DNA of 64,000 nucleotides from Paraphysomonas bandaiensis. Its lineage: Eukaryota; Protista; Chrysophyceae. Where the stretch lies: NCBI GenBank assembly GCA_965644295.1, contig CBFFRP010000436.1, forward strand, positions 1-64,000, given 5' to 3'. Each line of letters opens with the position of its first letter. The first letter of the stretch is position 1. Positions 1 through 13,078 of this stretch are shown here, piece after piece. The notes under the pieces were generated by a model. That model made no database searches. It was given only the letters and a program-made list of their open reading frames with translations, and was not told the origin of the DNA. A program made the translations under genes and the position numbers.

Positions 1-194
1 TCATTAGGGTCAAGCAAGGGATGAGTACTGGGGCTCTCCTGACTGGTAGTAGGTAGTAGGTAGGGGTTGTCCAGGAGGGAGGCCTCGGTAGCCTACTGGG
101 TGATGTCAAGAAGCTCACGGAAGAATACATTACAGCATCCTCTGGGTCATTAGGGTCAAGCAAGGGATGAGTACTGGGGCTCTCCTGACTGGTA
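1..194. repeat. 146-bp tandem satellite, left part (runs off window)
   Basis: TCATTAGGGTCAAGC recurs at 1 and 147; same monomer as 2076-7010. Confidence 0.97.
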
Positions 195-2075
195 CGAGAT
201 GTTGTAAATAGCGTTGGAAAACTGAAATTTCACCAACTTCCAGTCAAAATTTTTACAGCATATATATATGTTTTTTGAAGCTTACGTTATACTCCATTCA
301 ACCGTGTATGTAGTTTTTAGTAATAATTAATAGTTTTGGCGATAATTGAGTTTCTAGTTTTTTTTGGGGGTTTTTTCAAAAACCAGGGATTTTTATAACA
401 TCTAATAAAACCCTTAAATAGTACTATTTTTAAAAAAAAATTATATCAATCACTAGTAATTATCTTATTCTATACGTATACAACTTAGTACTATTGTCTT
501 ACAAGCCTATTTATTTTAAGTTTTGAAAAAAGTGCTATTTTGGCCTATTTGTAATGACAAACAGTGGTCACTAGTAACTTCAAGCATCTAAGTTGATTAA
601 AAATACCTACCTACTACTACTTTTTAATAATAGTAGCTAGTTCAATGACTACGGGATTATAGCTCTTTAAGTTAGAAAAGATTCACTTATTCAGATTAAA
701 ATATAAATTAGTCATATTGCAATTGCACCCCAACTTCTTGTTCTTCATCGGATTCTTCTTGCCATACATCTACCTCATCGTCGCCATCGTTAATATTATC
801 TGTACATTCATCATCCGTTTCGTCATCATCGTTGTATGTAGTCAAATCAACTACTTCAGAGTATACCCCCTTCTCTCGGTACAATACTTCTTGAGCCCTT
901 GCCCTTGCGACCTTATGTTCACATCTTTCTCTAGTTCCGTATATGCGGAACCCTTCGAGAACTTGCTTCTTAAGGTCTTTCATTGTTCGCGTACCTGAAT
1001 ATTTTCGAGCAACAAACTGCTTAACATCTCTCCAAAGTTCTTCTATGGGTTGCAACTCAGGATGATAAGGTGGAGTCATCAGTGGACGAAGGTGACCATA
1101 ACGGTCGCATAATTGCTGTACTCTAGTTACGTTGGTAGCTATTCCATATTCCACAGCATGCTCTTTTAACCAAGCTCGGGATATTGCTTGTAATTGAGTC
1201 AATGAATGACCACGTGGCGCAGTGCCTTTTGTATGTGGTACACTGTACTTGTCCAAAAATTCATAAGCATCCTTCTTTCTCTTCCAATTATTTACAATAA
1301 TGGAACCTGGTGCCGGAACACAATGGTAAGATGCGTTATCCATAACTAAAATGGCCTCAATGTGCCTAAACTCTAATACGGGAAATAGTCTATTCTCCAG
1401 CCATTCACAAAAACATGCGCTGTTCATGTTTTGGTGATAATCTCCTGTAGACTTACGAGCCTGAAATATAAGAAGAGTCTCATTCCAATCATCTTCTACA
1501 ACGTTCTGAAATACTAGGTCTCCGTTGGCCTCTCAAGTTCATATAACGAGTTCTTTTCATTGTTTTAGCATTACTTAACGAGCCTGGTGGTCTACCGCGC
1601 CTCCTGGTTTGACTTACAGGCTCTGGGGTATCTATTTGATTTTGAGTGTCGCTGGTGTCCATAGAGGGGTCATTCGACATATTAATTTTTATCACCAGTC
1701 ATAGACCATCCCCAGAAGAGTTAATACCAACCCTGGATAGAGCACAAAATTATCTTTAAATTGTCGGAACGGATTTGTGTAAATGTGATTGTGTGAATTA
1801 ATGAGTGAGTTTAAAGTTGACAGAAATTTTTTCTTACGTGTTTTTTCATAGGATTTTCTGACTTCATTTGCTCATATCTCGTCACCCATACATTTTCAGC
1901 ACAAAGTCAATTATAGCGAAATGTAGCTCACAATGCGGGCTTTATTATGTCAAAAGCACAGTATTTATCATTGAATATTGAAAAAGTTATCTATTTCTGA
2001 AAAATAGACATAAAATCATCTATTTTCATGACTTTTTCGACCGTTTTGTTTTCCAACGCTAATTACGACGACTCG
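195..2075 (-). mobile_element. Tc1/mariner/IS630-superfamily DNA transposon (Sailor/DD82E-like), internally deleted
   Basis: TA target duplication (193-194, 2076-2077) inside a satellite monomer; imperfect 28-bp TIRs CGAGatGTtGTAAaTAGCGTTGGAAAAC / CGAGtcGTcGTAAtTAGCGTTGGAAAAC. Confidence 0.93.
708..1695 (-). pseudogene. Truncated DDE transposase; AT-hook N-terminus out of frame with the catalytic C-terminal half
   Basis: GDYHQNMN, MDNASYH and PPYHPELQPIEELW motifs; 98 aa between second D and E; RRRGRPPGS in upstream ORF; first catalytic D region absent. Confidence 0.85.
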
Positions 2076-5000
2076 TAGTAGGTAGTAGGTAGGGGTTGTC
2101 CAGGAGGGAGGCCTCGGTAGCCTACTGGGTGATGTCAAGAAGCTCACGGAAGAATACATTACAGCATCCACTGGGTCATTAGGGTCAAGCAAGGGATGAG
2201 TACTGGGGCTCTCCTGACTGGTAGTAGGTAGTAGGTAGGGGTTGTCCAGGAGGGAGGCCTCGGTAGCCTACTGGGTGATGTCAAGAAGCTCACGGAAGAA
2301 TACATTACAGCATCCACTGGGTCATTAGGGTCAAGCAAGGGATGAGTACTGGGGCTCTCCTGACTGGTAGTAGGTAGTAGGTAGGGGTTGTCCAGGAGGG
2401 AGGCCTCGGTAGCCTACTGGGTGATGTCAAGAAGCTCACGGAAGAATACATTACAGCATCCACTGGGTCATTAGGGTCAAGCAAGGGATGAGTACTGGGG
2501 CTCTCCTGACTGGTAGTAGGTAGTAGGTAGGGGTTGTCCAGGAGGGAGGCCTCGGTAGCCTACTGGGTGATGTCAAGAAGCTCACGGAAGAATACATTAC
2601 AGCATCCACTGGGTCATTAGGGTCAAGCAAGGGATGAGTACTGGGGCTCTCCTGACTGGTAGTAGGTAGTAGGTAGGGGTTGTCCAGGAGGGAGGCCTCG
2701 GTAGCCTACTGGGTGATGTCAAGAAGCTCACGGAAGAATACATTACAGCATCCTCTGGGTCATTAGGGTCAAGCAAGGGATGAGTACTGGGGCTCTCCTG
2801 ACTGGTAGTAGGTAGTAGGTAGGGGTTGTCCAGGAGGGAGGCCTCGGTAGCCTACTGGGTGATGTCAAGAAGCTCACGGAAGAATACATTACAGCATCCT
2901 CTGGGTCATTAGGGTCAAGCAAGGGATGAGTACTGGGGCTCTCCTGACTGGTAGTAGGTAGTAGGTAGGGGTTGTCCAGGAGGGAGGCCTCGGTAGCCTA
3001 CTGGGTGATGTCAAGAAGCTCACGGAAGAATACATTACAGCATCCTCTGGGTCATTAGGGTCAAGCAAGGGATGAGTACTGGGGCTCTCCTGACTGGTAG
3101 TAGGTAGTAGGTAGGGGTTGTCCAGGAGGGAGGCCTCGGTAGCCTACTGGGTGATGTCAAGAAGCTCACGGAAGAATACATTACAGCATCCTCTGGGTCA
3201 TTAGGGTCAAGCAAGGGATGAGTACTGGGGCTCTCCTGACTGGTAGTAGGTAGTAGGTAGGGGTTGTCCAGGAGGGAGGCCTCGGTAGCCTACTGGGTGA
3301 TGTCAAGAAGCTCACGGAAGAATACATTACAGCATCCTCTGGGTCATTAGGGTCAAGCAAGGGATGAGTACTGGGGCTCTCCTGACTGGTAGTAGGTAGT
3401 AGGTAGGGGTTGTCCAGGAGGGAGGCCTCGGTAGCCTACTGGGTGATGTCAAGAAGCTCACGGAAGAATACATTACAGCATCCTCTGGGTCATTAGGGTC
3501 AAGCAAGGGATGAGTACTGGGGCTCTCCTGACTGGTAGTAGGTAGTAGGTAGGGGTTGTCCAGGAGGGAGGCCTCGGTAGCCTACTGGGTGATGTCAAGA
3601 AGCTCACGGAAGAATACATTACAGCATCCTCTGGGTCATTAGGGTCAAGCAAGGGATGAGTACTGGGGCTCTCCTGACTGGTAGTAGGTAGTAGGTAGGG
3701 GTTGTCCAGGAGGGAGGCCTCGGTAGCCTACTGGGTGATGTCAAGAAGCTCACGGAAGAATACATTACAGCATCCTCTGGGTCATTAGGGTCAAGCAAGG
3801 GATGAGTACTGGGGCTCTCCTGACTGGTAGTAGGTAGTAGGTAGGGGTTGTCCAGGAGGGAGGCCTCGGTAGCCTACTGGGTGATGTCAAGAAGCTCACG
3901 GAAGAATACATTACAGCATCCTCTGGGTCATTAGGGTCAAGCAAGGGATGAGTACTGGGGCTCTCCTGACTGGTAGTAGGTAGTAGGTAGGGGTTGTCCA
4001 GGAGGGAGGCCTCGGTAGCCTACTGGGTGATGTCAAGAAGCTCACGGAAGAATACATTACAGCATCCTCTGGGTCATTAGGGTCAAGCAAGGGATGAGTA
4101 CTGGGGCTCTCCTGACTGGTAGTAGGTAGTAGGTAGGGGTTGTCCAGGAGGGAGGCCTCGGTAGCCTACTGGGTGATGTCAAGAAGCTCACGGAAGAATA
4201 CATTACAGCATCCTCTGGGTCATTAGGGTCAAGCAAGGGATGAGTACTGGGGCTCTCCTGACTGGTAGTAGGTAGTAGGTAGGGGTTGTCCAGGAGGGAG
4301 GCCTCGGTAGCCTACTGGGTGATGTCAAGAAGCTCACGGAAGAATACATTACAGCATCCTCTGGGTCATTAGGGTCAAGCAAGGGATGAGTACTGGGGCT
4401 CTCCTGACTGGTAGTAGGTAGTAGGTAGGGGTTGTCCAGGAGGGAGGCCTCGGTAGCCTACTGGGTGATGTCAAGAAGCTCACGGAAGAATACATTACAG
4501 CATCCTCTGGGTCATTAGGGTCAAGCAAGGGATGAGTACTGGGGCTCTCCTGACTGGTAGTAGGTAGTAGGTAGGGGTTGTCCAGGAGGGAGGCCTCGGT
4601 AGCCTACTGGGTGATGTCAAGAAGCTCACGGAAGAATACATTACAGCATCCTCTGGGTCATTAGGGTCAAGCAAGGGATGAGTACTGGGGCTCTCCTGAC
4701 TGGTAGTAGGTAGTAGGTAGGGGTTGTCCAGGAGGGAGGCCTCGGTAGCCTACTGGGTGATGTCAAGAAGCTCACGGAAGAATACATTACAGCATCCTCT
4801 GGGTCATTAGGGTCAAGCAAGGGATGAGTACTGGGGCTCTCCTGACTGGTAGTAGGTAGTAGGTAGGGGTTGTCCAGGAGGGAGGCCTCGGTAGCCTACT
4901 GGGTGATGTCAAGAAGCTCACGGAAGAATACATTACAGCATCCTCTGGGTCATTAGGGTCAAGCAAGGGATGAGTACTGGGGCTCTCCTGACTGGTAGTA

Positions 5001-7010
5001 GGTAGTAGGTAGGGGTTGTCCAGGAGGGAGGCCTCGGTAGCCTACTGGGTGATGTCAAGAAGCTCACGGAAGAATACATTACAGCATCCTCTGGGTCATT
5101 AGGGTCAAGCAAGGGATGAGTACTGGGGCTCTCCTGACTGGTAGTAGGTAGTAGGTAGGGGTTGTCCAGGAGGGAGGCCTCGGTAGCCTACTGGGTGATG
5201 TCAAGAAGCTCACGGAAGAATACATTACAGCATCCTCTGGGTCATTAGGGTCAAGCAAGGGATGAGTACTGGGGCTCTCCTGACTGGTAGTAGGTAGTAG
5301 GTAGGGGTTGTCCAGGAGGGAGGCCTCGGTAGCCTACTGGGTGATGTCAAGAAGCTCACGGAAGAATACATTACAGCATCCTCTGGGTCATTAGGGTCAA
5401 GCAAGGGATGAGTACTGGGGCTCTCCTGACTGGTAGTAGGTAGTAGGTAGGGGTTGTCCAGGAGGGAGGCCTCGGTAGCCTACTGGGTGATGTCAAGAAG
5501 CTCACGGAAGAATACATTACAGCATCCTCTGGGTCATTAGGGTCAAGCAAGGGATGAGTACTGGGGCTCTCCTGACTGGTAGTAGGTAGTAGGTAGGGGT
5601 TGTCCAGGAGGGAGGCCTCGGTAGCCTACTGGGTGATGTCAAGAAGCTCACGGAAGAATACATTACAGCATCCTCTGGGTCATTAGGGTCAAGCAAGGGA
5701 TGAGTACTGGGGCTCTCCTGACTGGTAGTAGGTAGTAGGTAGGGGTTGTCCAGGAGGGAGGCCTCGGTAGCCTACTGGGTGATGTCAAGAAGCTCACGGA
5801 AGAATACATTACAGCATCCTCTGGGTCATTAGGGTCAAGCAAGGGATGAGTACTGGGGCTCTCCTGACTGGTAGTAGGTAGTAGGTAGGGGTTGTCCAGG
5901 AGGGAGGCCTCGGTAGCCTACTGGGTGATGTCAAGAAGCTCACGGAAGAATACATTACAGCATCCTCTGGGTCATTAGGGTCAAGCAAGGGATGAGTACT
6001 GGGGCTCTCCTGACTGGTAGTAGGTAGTAGGTAGGGGTTGTCCAGGAGGGAGGCCTCGGTAGCCTACTGGGTGATGTCAAGAAGCTCACGGAAGAATACA
6101 TTACAGCATCCTCTGGGTCATTAGGGTCAAGCAAGGGATGAGTACTGGGGCTCTCCTGACTGGTAGTAGGTAGTAGGTAGGGGTTGTCCAGGAGGGAGGC
6201 CTCGGTAGCCTACTGGGTGATGTCAAGAAGCTCACGGAAGAATACATTACAGCATCCTCTGGGTCATTAGGGTCAAGCAAGGGATGAGTACTGGGGCTCT
6301 CCTGACTGGTAGTAGGTAGTAGGTAGGGGTTGTCCAGGAGGGAGGCCTCGGTAGCCTACTGGGTGATGTCAAGAAGCTCACGGAAGAATACATTACAGCA
6401 TCCTCTGGGTCATTAGGGTCAAGCAAGGGATGAGTACTGGGGCTCTCCTGACTGGTAGTAGGTAGTAGGTAGGGGTTGTCCAGGAGGGAGGCCTCGGTAG
6501 CCTACTGGGTGATGTCAAGAAGCTCACGGAAGAATACATTACAGCATCCTCTGGGTCATTAGGGTCAAGCAAGGGATGAGTACTGGGGCTCTCCTGACTG
6601 GTAGTAGGTAGTAGGTAGGGGTTGTCCAGGAGGGAGGCCTCGGTAGCCTACTGGGTGATGTCAAGAAGCTCACGGAAGAATACATTACAGCATCCTCTGG
6701 GTCATTAGGGTCAAGCAAGGGATGAGTACTGGGGCTCTCCTGACTGGTAGTAGGTAGTAGGTAGGGGTTGTCCAGGAGGGAGGCCTCGGTAGCCTACTGG
6801 GTGATGTCAAGAAGCTCACGGAAGAATACATTACAGCATCCTCTGGGTCATTAGGGTCAAGCAAGGGATGAGTACTGGGGCTCTCCTGACTGGTAGTAGG
6901 TAGTAGGTAGGGGTTGTCCAGGAGGGAGGCCTCGGTAGCCTACTGGGTGATGTCAAGAAGCTCACGGAAGAATACATTACAGCATCCTCTGGGTCATTAG
7001 GGTCAAGCAA
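2076..7010. repeat. 146-bp tandem satellite, ~34 near-identical monomers
   Basis: Period 146 (lines 2221 and 6601 identical = 30 units); only one variant position seen (CATCCA/CATCCT). Confidence 0.98.
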
Positions 7011-9915
7011 GTATGTATGTTAGTATGGCAGGTTTTCGATGGATTTTTTTGAAAGTGTATGTTAGTATGGCAGTTTTTTGAAACAGAGCACACTTCTTTT
7101 CCAGCCTTCACTTCTACTTGTATGCATAGATACGGACGCAGGCAGGTCGCTACTTTACACTTGAACTTCAGGTACACTAAAGTTGCTGTGGCGGACACGA
7201 TGACGTTTACAGATTTTTGATTGGTGTTCTTTTACTTTCAGGGCGAGCGAATTGGAAGGAGCCCCCAAGAATTCGAAGATCACTCAGTCATGCGAGTACA
7301 GGCAGCTGGAGAGCCCCCGATAGACTCTCGAAGGGTCGCATATGAGTCTATTAGAGTATTATTAACATTGAAGCCTCGTATAATGCACCTGCTGTGCAGC
7401 TATAGGGTCCTAACGACCTCGATAAGCTCATGTTGCAGCATTTCCCCAGCATCTCAATGGGGCAGCGAACACCCCAGAAAGGGCAAGATAAAAACTCTAT
7501 GAAGTCCAGTATGGTCCGTAATGGTCATATCAAGCGCAATCTAGTTGGATCTTGTTTAGCGATAGAGCAGGAGGGTGTTTACCGGCATCCGTTCCTATGA
7601 AGCGCAAGGTGAACCAGGTCCTGAGCGCCCTCTCCCCTACTGGGAGCACTACTAATGGTAGTTCATCCACAATGCCATCCCTTGCACCTTTGAGGGGCAT
7701 TGTCAAGGCAGTCAAAGATTACGCGGTTGAAGACCTTCCTGCTTTGCGTGGGATGTATATCCTGAAGTGCGGAAGGAAGCGCTCTTTGATGTTTGCATTG
7801 AGGCTTCTACTTACGATCGTGCCTCAGAGGGTTATGGCGTTCCTGACCAGACTGGTTTTTGTGACAAGAAGGCTGTCATGGAAAGATTCCACCTGACTGA
7901 GGGCAAGGTCGTCAAGGAATTATCAACACAATTATCGCAGGCACCGTGGATCCATGGTAACAACGAAGTGTTGCAACAGCTACTCCGAAAGGGAGCTTTG
8001 AACCCATCTTTTGATTGGAGAACGGCTACATTGGGCAGTTGAAAGCATACCGTGCTGTTCTCCCAAATTCAGCTGTCATGGTGGGTCGATGCGTTCGGAG
8101 AGACTCGAAGCCATGGCTTGTCATGAAGATGGAGGAACCTATGCAGGAAACTCTCAGGCATCCAGATTGTGTTGCTACTGCTGTGGCAGATATCGGGAGT
8201 CTTTCCGATGACGACGAGGCATCCAACCAAGTCTGATGTCAGTGTGTGATTTGTTTATTTGCATCAGTGCCATTCACCATTCTCTCACAGAACTTGTTCT
8301 TGCCTAACATGGAAGTAGTAACTTAATATTTGGTATTAATATATTTGTGTTTATTAGCTCATGTTGATGGCTCTATTATACATACGTCTATATATGAAAT
8401 TTTATCATATTTACTGTAGACTGTCGATAGAGTGATCAATCAGAAAACACTTAGCAGTTAATTACATAGAGTGATCAACTAGGAAACACATAGCAGTTAG
8501 AATAATTTATATTGTGATCAACAAAGTTCAAGAATTTATTATCATAATTTAAAATAATAATTTATTAGAATTTCCAACAACTTTATACTTTCAGATATAG
8601 CTAGGTAGCATGTGCGGGTTCACCAAAATCCCAGAGCATGGGTATGTCGTATGTCCATTGTGGCAGATATTATGTCAGAATACCATAACTAGCCTTATGA
8701 AATAGATTGTATTTCTAGTGATACACTATATTCACCAAATACAACACGAAATTAAGAAGTTGCGGTGCCACTGATGGCAGTTAACTGAACATTACATAAA
8801 CCTCGGTCTTAATCTCTGGCCACATTGCTTTTTTACTTAGTGATTCATTTACTCACTACTGACTAGACCTACTGCTGAATGAGATAGGCGGTATAAACTA
8901 CTACCTCTATCCCAATGCCGCGTTGGTGTAGTGGCCCATCACTAGCCCAGTATGTAGATCCAATCACTAACGATTGCACAATTCTAACTCCTGTGCAGTT
9001 TCTGTTGTGCACAGCGCAACCATTCCCATTCGTGGCAAGGGTTATTCCACCAAGTACATTATTGAATGTTAATACCGAATCTAAGTATAAATCCATTGAC
9101 AGGTCACTGCAAAAGCGAGTGAGAACGCATCACACCTCTCGGTATCATATTGTGCTCTATCCCTTCTCGATGCTTAGCACTCTGATTGCCATGTAAAACG
9201 CTACTATAGCTTCATTAGGACCAAGGTGTTCCCTTGTATACCTAATACCGTCGTAACAACATTTTATGTCACTATCATGCACGTTAAATACAAAGAATGG
9301 TAGGGCGCCTGTATCGTGACAACCCAGAGATTCCTCGTCGCTTTCAATCAGCTCAACGCTGTCAGGGTGACGTTGGTCGTCCACACTCATTTTAAACATA
9401 GTAAATACTAAGTTTCATTGTTTCATTTGTGCATCAATGTCACTCTTGGTGAGCTACAGACACTACAGTGAAATACCAGGTCATTGTGTGTAAGCTGCTC
9501 TACACAATGCTACACAACGAATTACAAAAATCTGAGCACATCAGCGTATCAAGCACAGTTGAATTAGTCTAGTGGTTATGTCAGATGTAATGTATGGAGC
9601 TCTCATGACGCGTCATGTAGGGATCATTCCATAATATGGTGTGCAAGTGACTTCCACCGACAGTGAAAACCTGCCATACTAACATACAAAAAAAACGGTT
9701 TCGACGAAATCCTTGAAAGTGTCTCTCTTTGCCCGTCAATAACTTTACATCCAAATTATGAATGTCGATGATCAATTAGTATGAATTGCAGCCCAGAGCA
9801 AGCCTGATCGATGGATAGTCTCGGCTGTCTGTTTGGTTGTGTGTGTGAAGAGTGACAGTTAAGAGAAAAACCCAAAAAAGTGCAAAAAAAGACTGCCATA
9901 CTAACATACATACTT
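7009..9915. mobile_element. TIR element with paired subterminal motifs and decayed ORFs, superfamily unknown
   Basis: AAGTATGTATGTTAGTATGGCAG at 7009 and its reverse complement ending at 9915; second copy of the motif at ~7056 and ~9671; frameshifted ORFs 7552-8236(+) and 8869-9399(-). Confidence 0.7.
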
Positions 9916-10386
9916 CCTAGAGCATACAACTCTAACACTATGTTCTGTTAAATGAGACACTTGAAAGACTAGCTGAGAACATAGAAACAAAGGTTGACAA
10001 TGGGAAGCAGTTGCCTAATATAATTATGGTTCCATAAACCTCCATATCATTTCCAAGAAACTAGAAACCCAATTCATAGGAAATAAGTTGCTGTGTATGT
10101 ATGATGAAGTCCAATGACGTATATAATGTCATCCAATCACATCACTTCACTTCTCTCCCCCACCATCCATCTCTATATATAACTAACCTATGAAACTCTA
10201 CGTATATTTATCATACAACCATTCAATATACATACATCTACAAGTTGATCTAAAGATCTACGATCCATTCCATACTTTAACTATATATCCATCTAGTTCA
10301 TATATAAGTGACATCATTCACTTAACACAATCAATCAATCATTCCTCTTATCATTTCATTCATTTGATAAATAAAAAGACTATCAA

Positions 10387-13078
10387 ATGGAACGAGTTAA
10401 TAGGTAAATCACTCCCTCTTACCCCATCTATCTATCATCTAACATCTATCTCTATCTATCTAGTACATCTAGCGATATGTCTGATATAGATGAAAAAAAG
10501 AAAGTTTATACTGTACCAAAAAGTCGTTTTATTAAATTTGTGAATTGGGTTCATGTTGCGGGTGTTTATCTTCCCATATTATGGGCATCCATCATCTGTA
10601 TACTCATCTATCAGTTACTATCAACCTTCTATAAGAGAAGATTTGATTTATTTGTATGTATATATATACATATATGAGTATTATTTTAATGTAGTTTTTA
10701 TTTTATAGGCATTTTGGCATCATGAAATATATACAGTTGATCTGCGTATTGTTTTTGAATTAGGATGGCAAAGTTTGGCTTTATTGGCAATTGTGATTTA
10801 TTACATTAATCGTCGTGAAAAAGCTGTATATCTACTTGATTTTGCATGCTTTGAACCTCCGAAATCATGGTTGTTAACTCCAGAGGAGATTATGCAATGT
10901 ATGAGAAACCAGAAGTGCTATTCGGAAGAGAGTTTGGAGTTTATGAAAAAACTGATGAGTAGCAGTGGAGTAGGCCCTCAAACTGCCTGGCCACCGGCCA
11001 TTACCAGGTGCTTGGAAGGCCTTCCCCTAGATAATTCTGCGGAGGCTGCTCGGGAGGAAAGCAGGGTATGTAGTCGTTATTACACAGCACAAGTCTTAAA
11101 TTTGTATTTAACCAGATTGTCATCTCTGACTGCGTCAAAAACGTGCTGGAAAGTACCAAAACGGACCCCAGAGATGTCGATATTTTAATTGTTAACTGCT
11201 CACTCTTTTCTCCTACCCCATCTCTTTGTGCCATGATCATTAATGAATTCAATATGAGGTCTGATATTCTCTCGTATAATCTCTCTGGAATGGTAAGACT
11301 TGAAACATGTATTTATGTGCCACAGATGTGTAGTTATATGTGGTGGTGTAATGCACTGATGTGATGAAGAGGAACTTGGTCCGTGTTGTTGGGTGTTTTC
11401 AATTACCTCAACAACAATCAAACTCTTAGCATGCTGTCGGCATGCTGTGAACTCACAATGCATATTCATGTACTTCCCCACAGCCAGATTATTGGACGAG
11501 TACAAATCGACACTTGTATCACTGCAAAGTGCTACTTGTGACATCTGTTTGTACTATCAGTTCTTGGCCAATAGTATTGTACATGCACACTCTACGCGGA
11601 GATATTTTATAATATTCTCTGAACTTGTGGGCATACAAACATATCTTTATAATAAAGTTTATTGCGCTGACGGCATACATAGGGATGCAGTGCTGGAGTG
11701 ATATCGATTGATTTAGCTAAGAATCTGATGAAAGGTCGTCCCAACAGTCTAGCACTAGTAGTGTCAACAGAAAATCTGACCCAGGCACTCTACCACGGAA
11801 ATGAGCGCTCATTTCTCGTACAGAATGTCCTATTCCGTTGTGGTATGATGTTTTGAATTCTTACTCCGACTTGTAGTATTGACTACGTTGAAATTCTAGG
11901 GGGCGCTGCCGTGATGCTGTCAAACAAATGGATGGATGGATATCGTGCGAATTTCAAACTATTGACGACCGTGCGGACGCACTATGTGTCTCAAGGATCA
12001 ATGGAGTGTGTGTATCAAACTGAAGATTCTTTAACTAATACTGGGGTGCGATTAAGCAAGGATATTGTTAAGGTAGCAGGGCAAGCTATGGAGAAAAATT
12101 TTACTGCCTTAGGTTCGTTGCTAGGATTGTCTTCGCATATATATCTGTGTTGTTACCTCCTTACAGGACCATATGTGCTGCCAATATCGGAGCAACTGAA
12201 GGTAGTAGCAAGTCTTGTTGCTAGATATATTTCGAAACTAGTAGGGTCGAGCAAACGTGTCAGTATGTATTTGCCTGATTTCAAGAGAGGGATCGACCAT
12301 TTTTGTGTCCATGCGGGTACGTAATGACCACCGAATGTTGTCACCACTGCGTCATAGTACTAGCCTATGTTGTATCCTTCACGACAATCTATCATGCAGT
12401 AGTATGTATTGCACAGTACATGTATTTATTTACTTCCCCACGGCCAGATTTTTGGACGAGTACAAATCGACACTTGTATCACTGCGAAGTGCTGCTTGTG
12501 ACATCTGTTTGTACTATCAGTTCTTGGCCAATAGTATTTTACATGCGCACTCTACGCGGAGATATTTTTATAATATTCTCTGAACTTGTGGGCATACAAA
12601 CTTGCTTATAACTCCAAGCATCAATTTTCTGCTTGTCTATTCGATAGCTTACGGTTGCATATAGGTGGTCGTGGTGTCATTGATGGAGTGGAGAAAAATT
12701 TAAAGTTGACTCCAAGGCATGTCGAGGCCTCCAGATATGCCCTGCATACGTGAGTTAATTTTAAATGTGTGCTAATATATTCATCTTTTGGTCTCAATTT
12801 TTAAATACAGATATGGTAATACGTCGTCATCATCAATATGGTATGAGATGGACTACATTAGAAACAGCAATAGCTTGAGAGTTGGACAACGCGTTTTGCA
12901 GGTGTGTGCCAGTTCCAAACTGCGTACGTATGTTTCACAGATATCCATTATCTAGATTGCTTTTGGGTCTGGGTTTAAATGCAACAGTTGTGTGTGGCTA
13001 TGTATCAATAAGCAAAATCAGAAGAAAAATCCACGCGTCGAAAGTTTTAAACATGACGAAGAGAAGAAGACGAAGTAA
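10387..13078 (+). CDS. KCS: 3-ketoacyl-CoA synthase (FAE1/KCS very-long-chain fatty acid elongase), multi-exon
   Basis: [33 protein letters not shown]|[19 protein letters not shown]|[22 protein letters not shown]; GT-AG introns; start codon inferred. Confidence 0.93.
11471..11640 (+). repeat. ~170-bp intronic repeat, copy 1
   Basis: TACTTCCCCA...GGCATACAAAC, roughly 90% identical to 12432-12600. Confidence 0.9.
12432..12600 (+). repeat. ~170-bp intronic repeat, copy 2
   Basis: Direct repeat of 11471-11640 in another KCS intron. Confidence 0.9.

Noticed and set aside
2076-7010. CRISPR array, 5S rRNA array, hammerhead retrozyme or telomere
   Set aside because: No unique spacers, no 5S match, no CUGAUGA/GAAA core seen; G-rich strand has the wrong polarity for a left telomere
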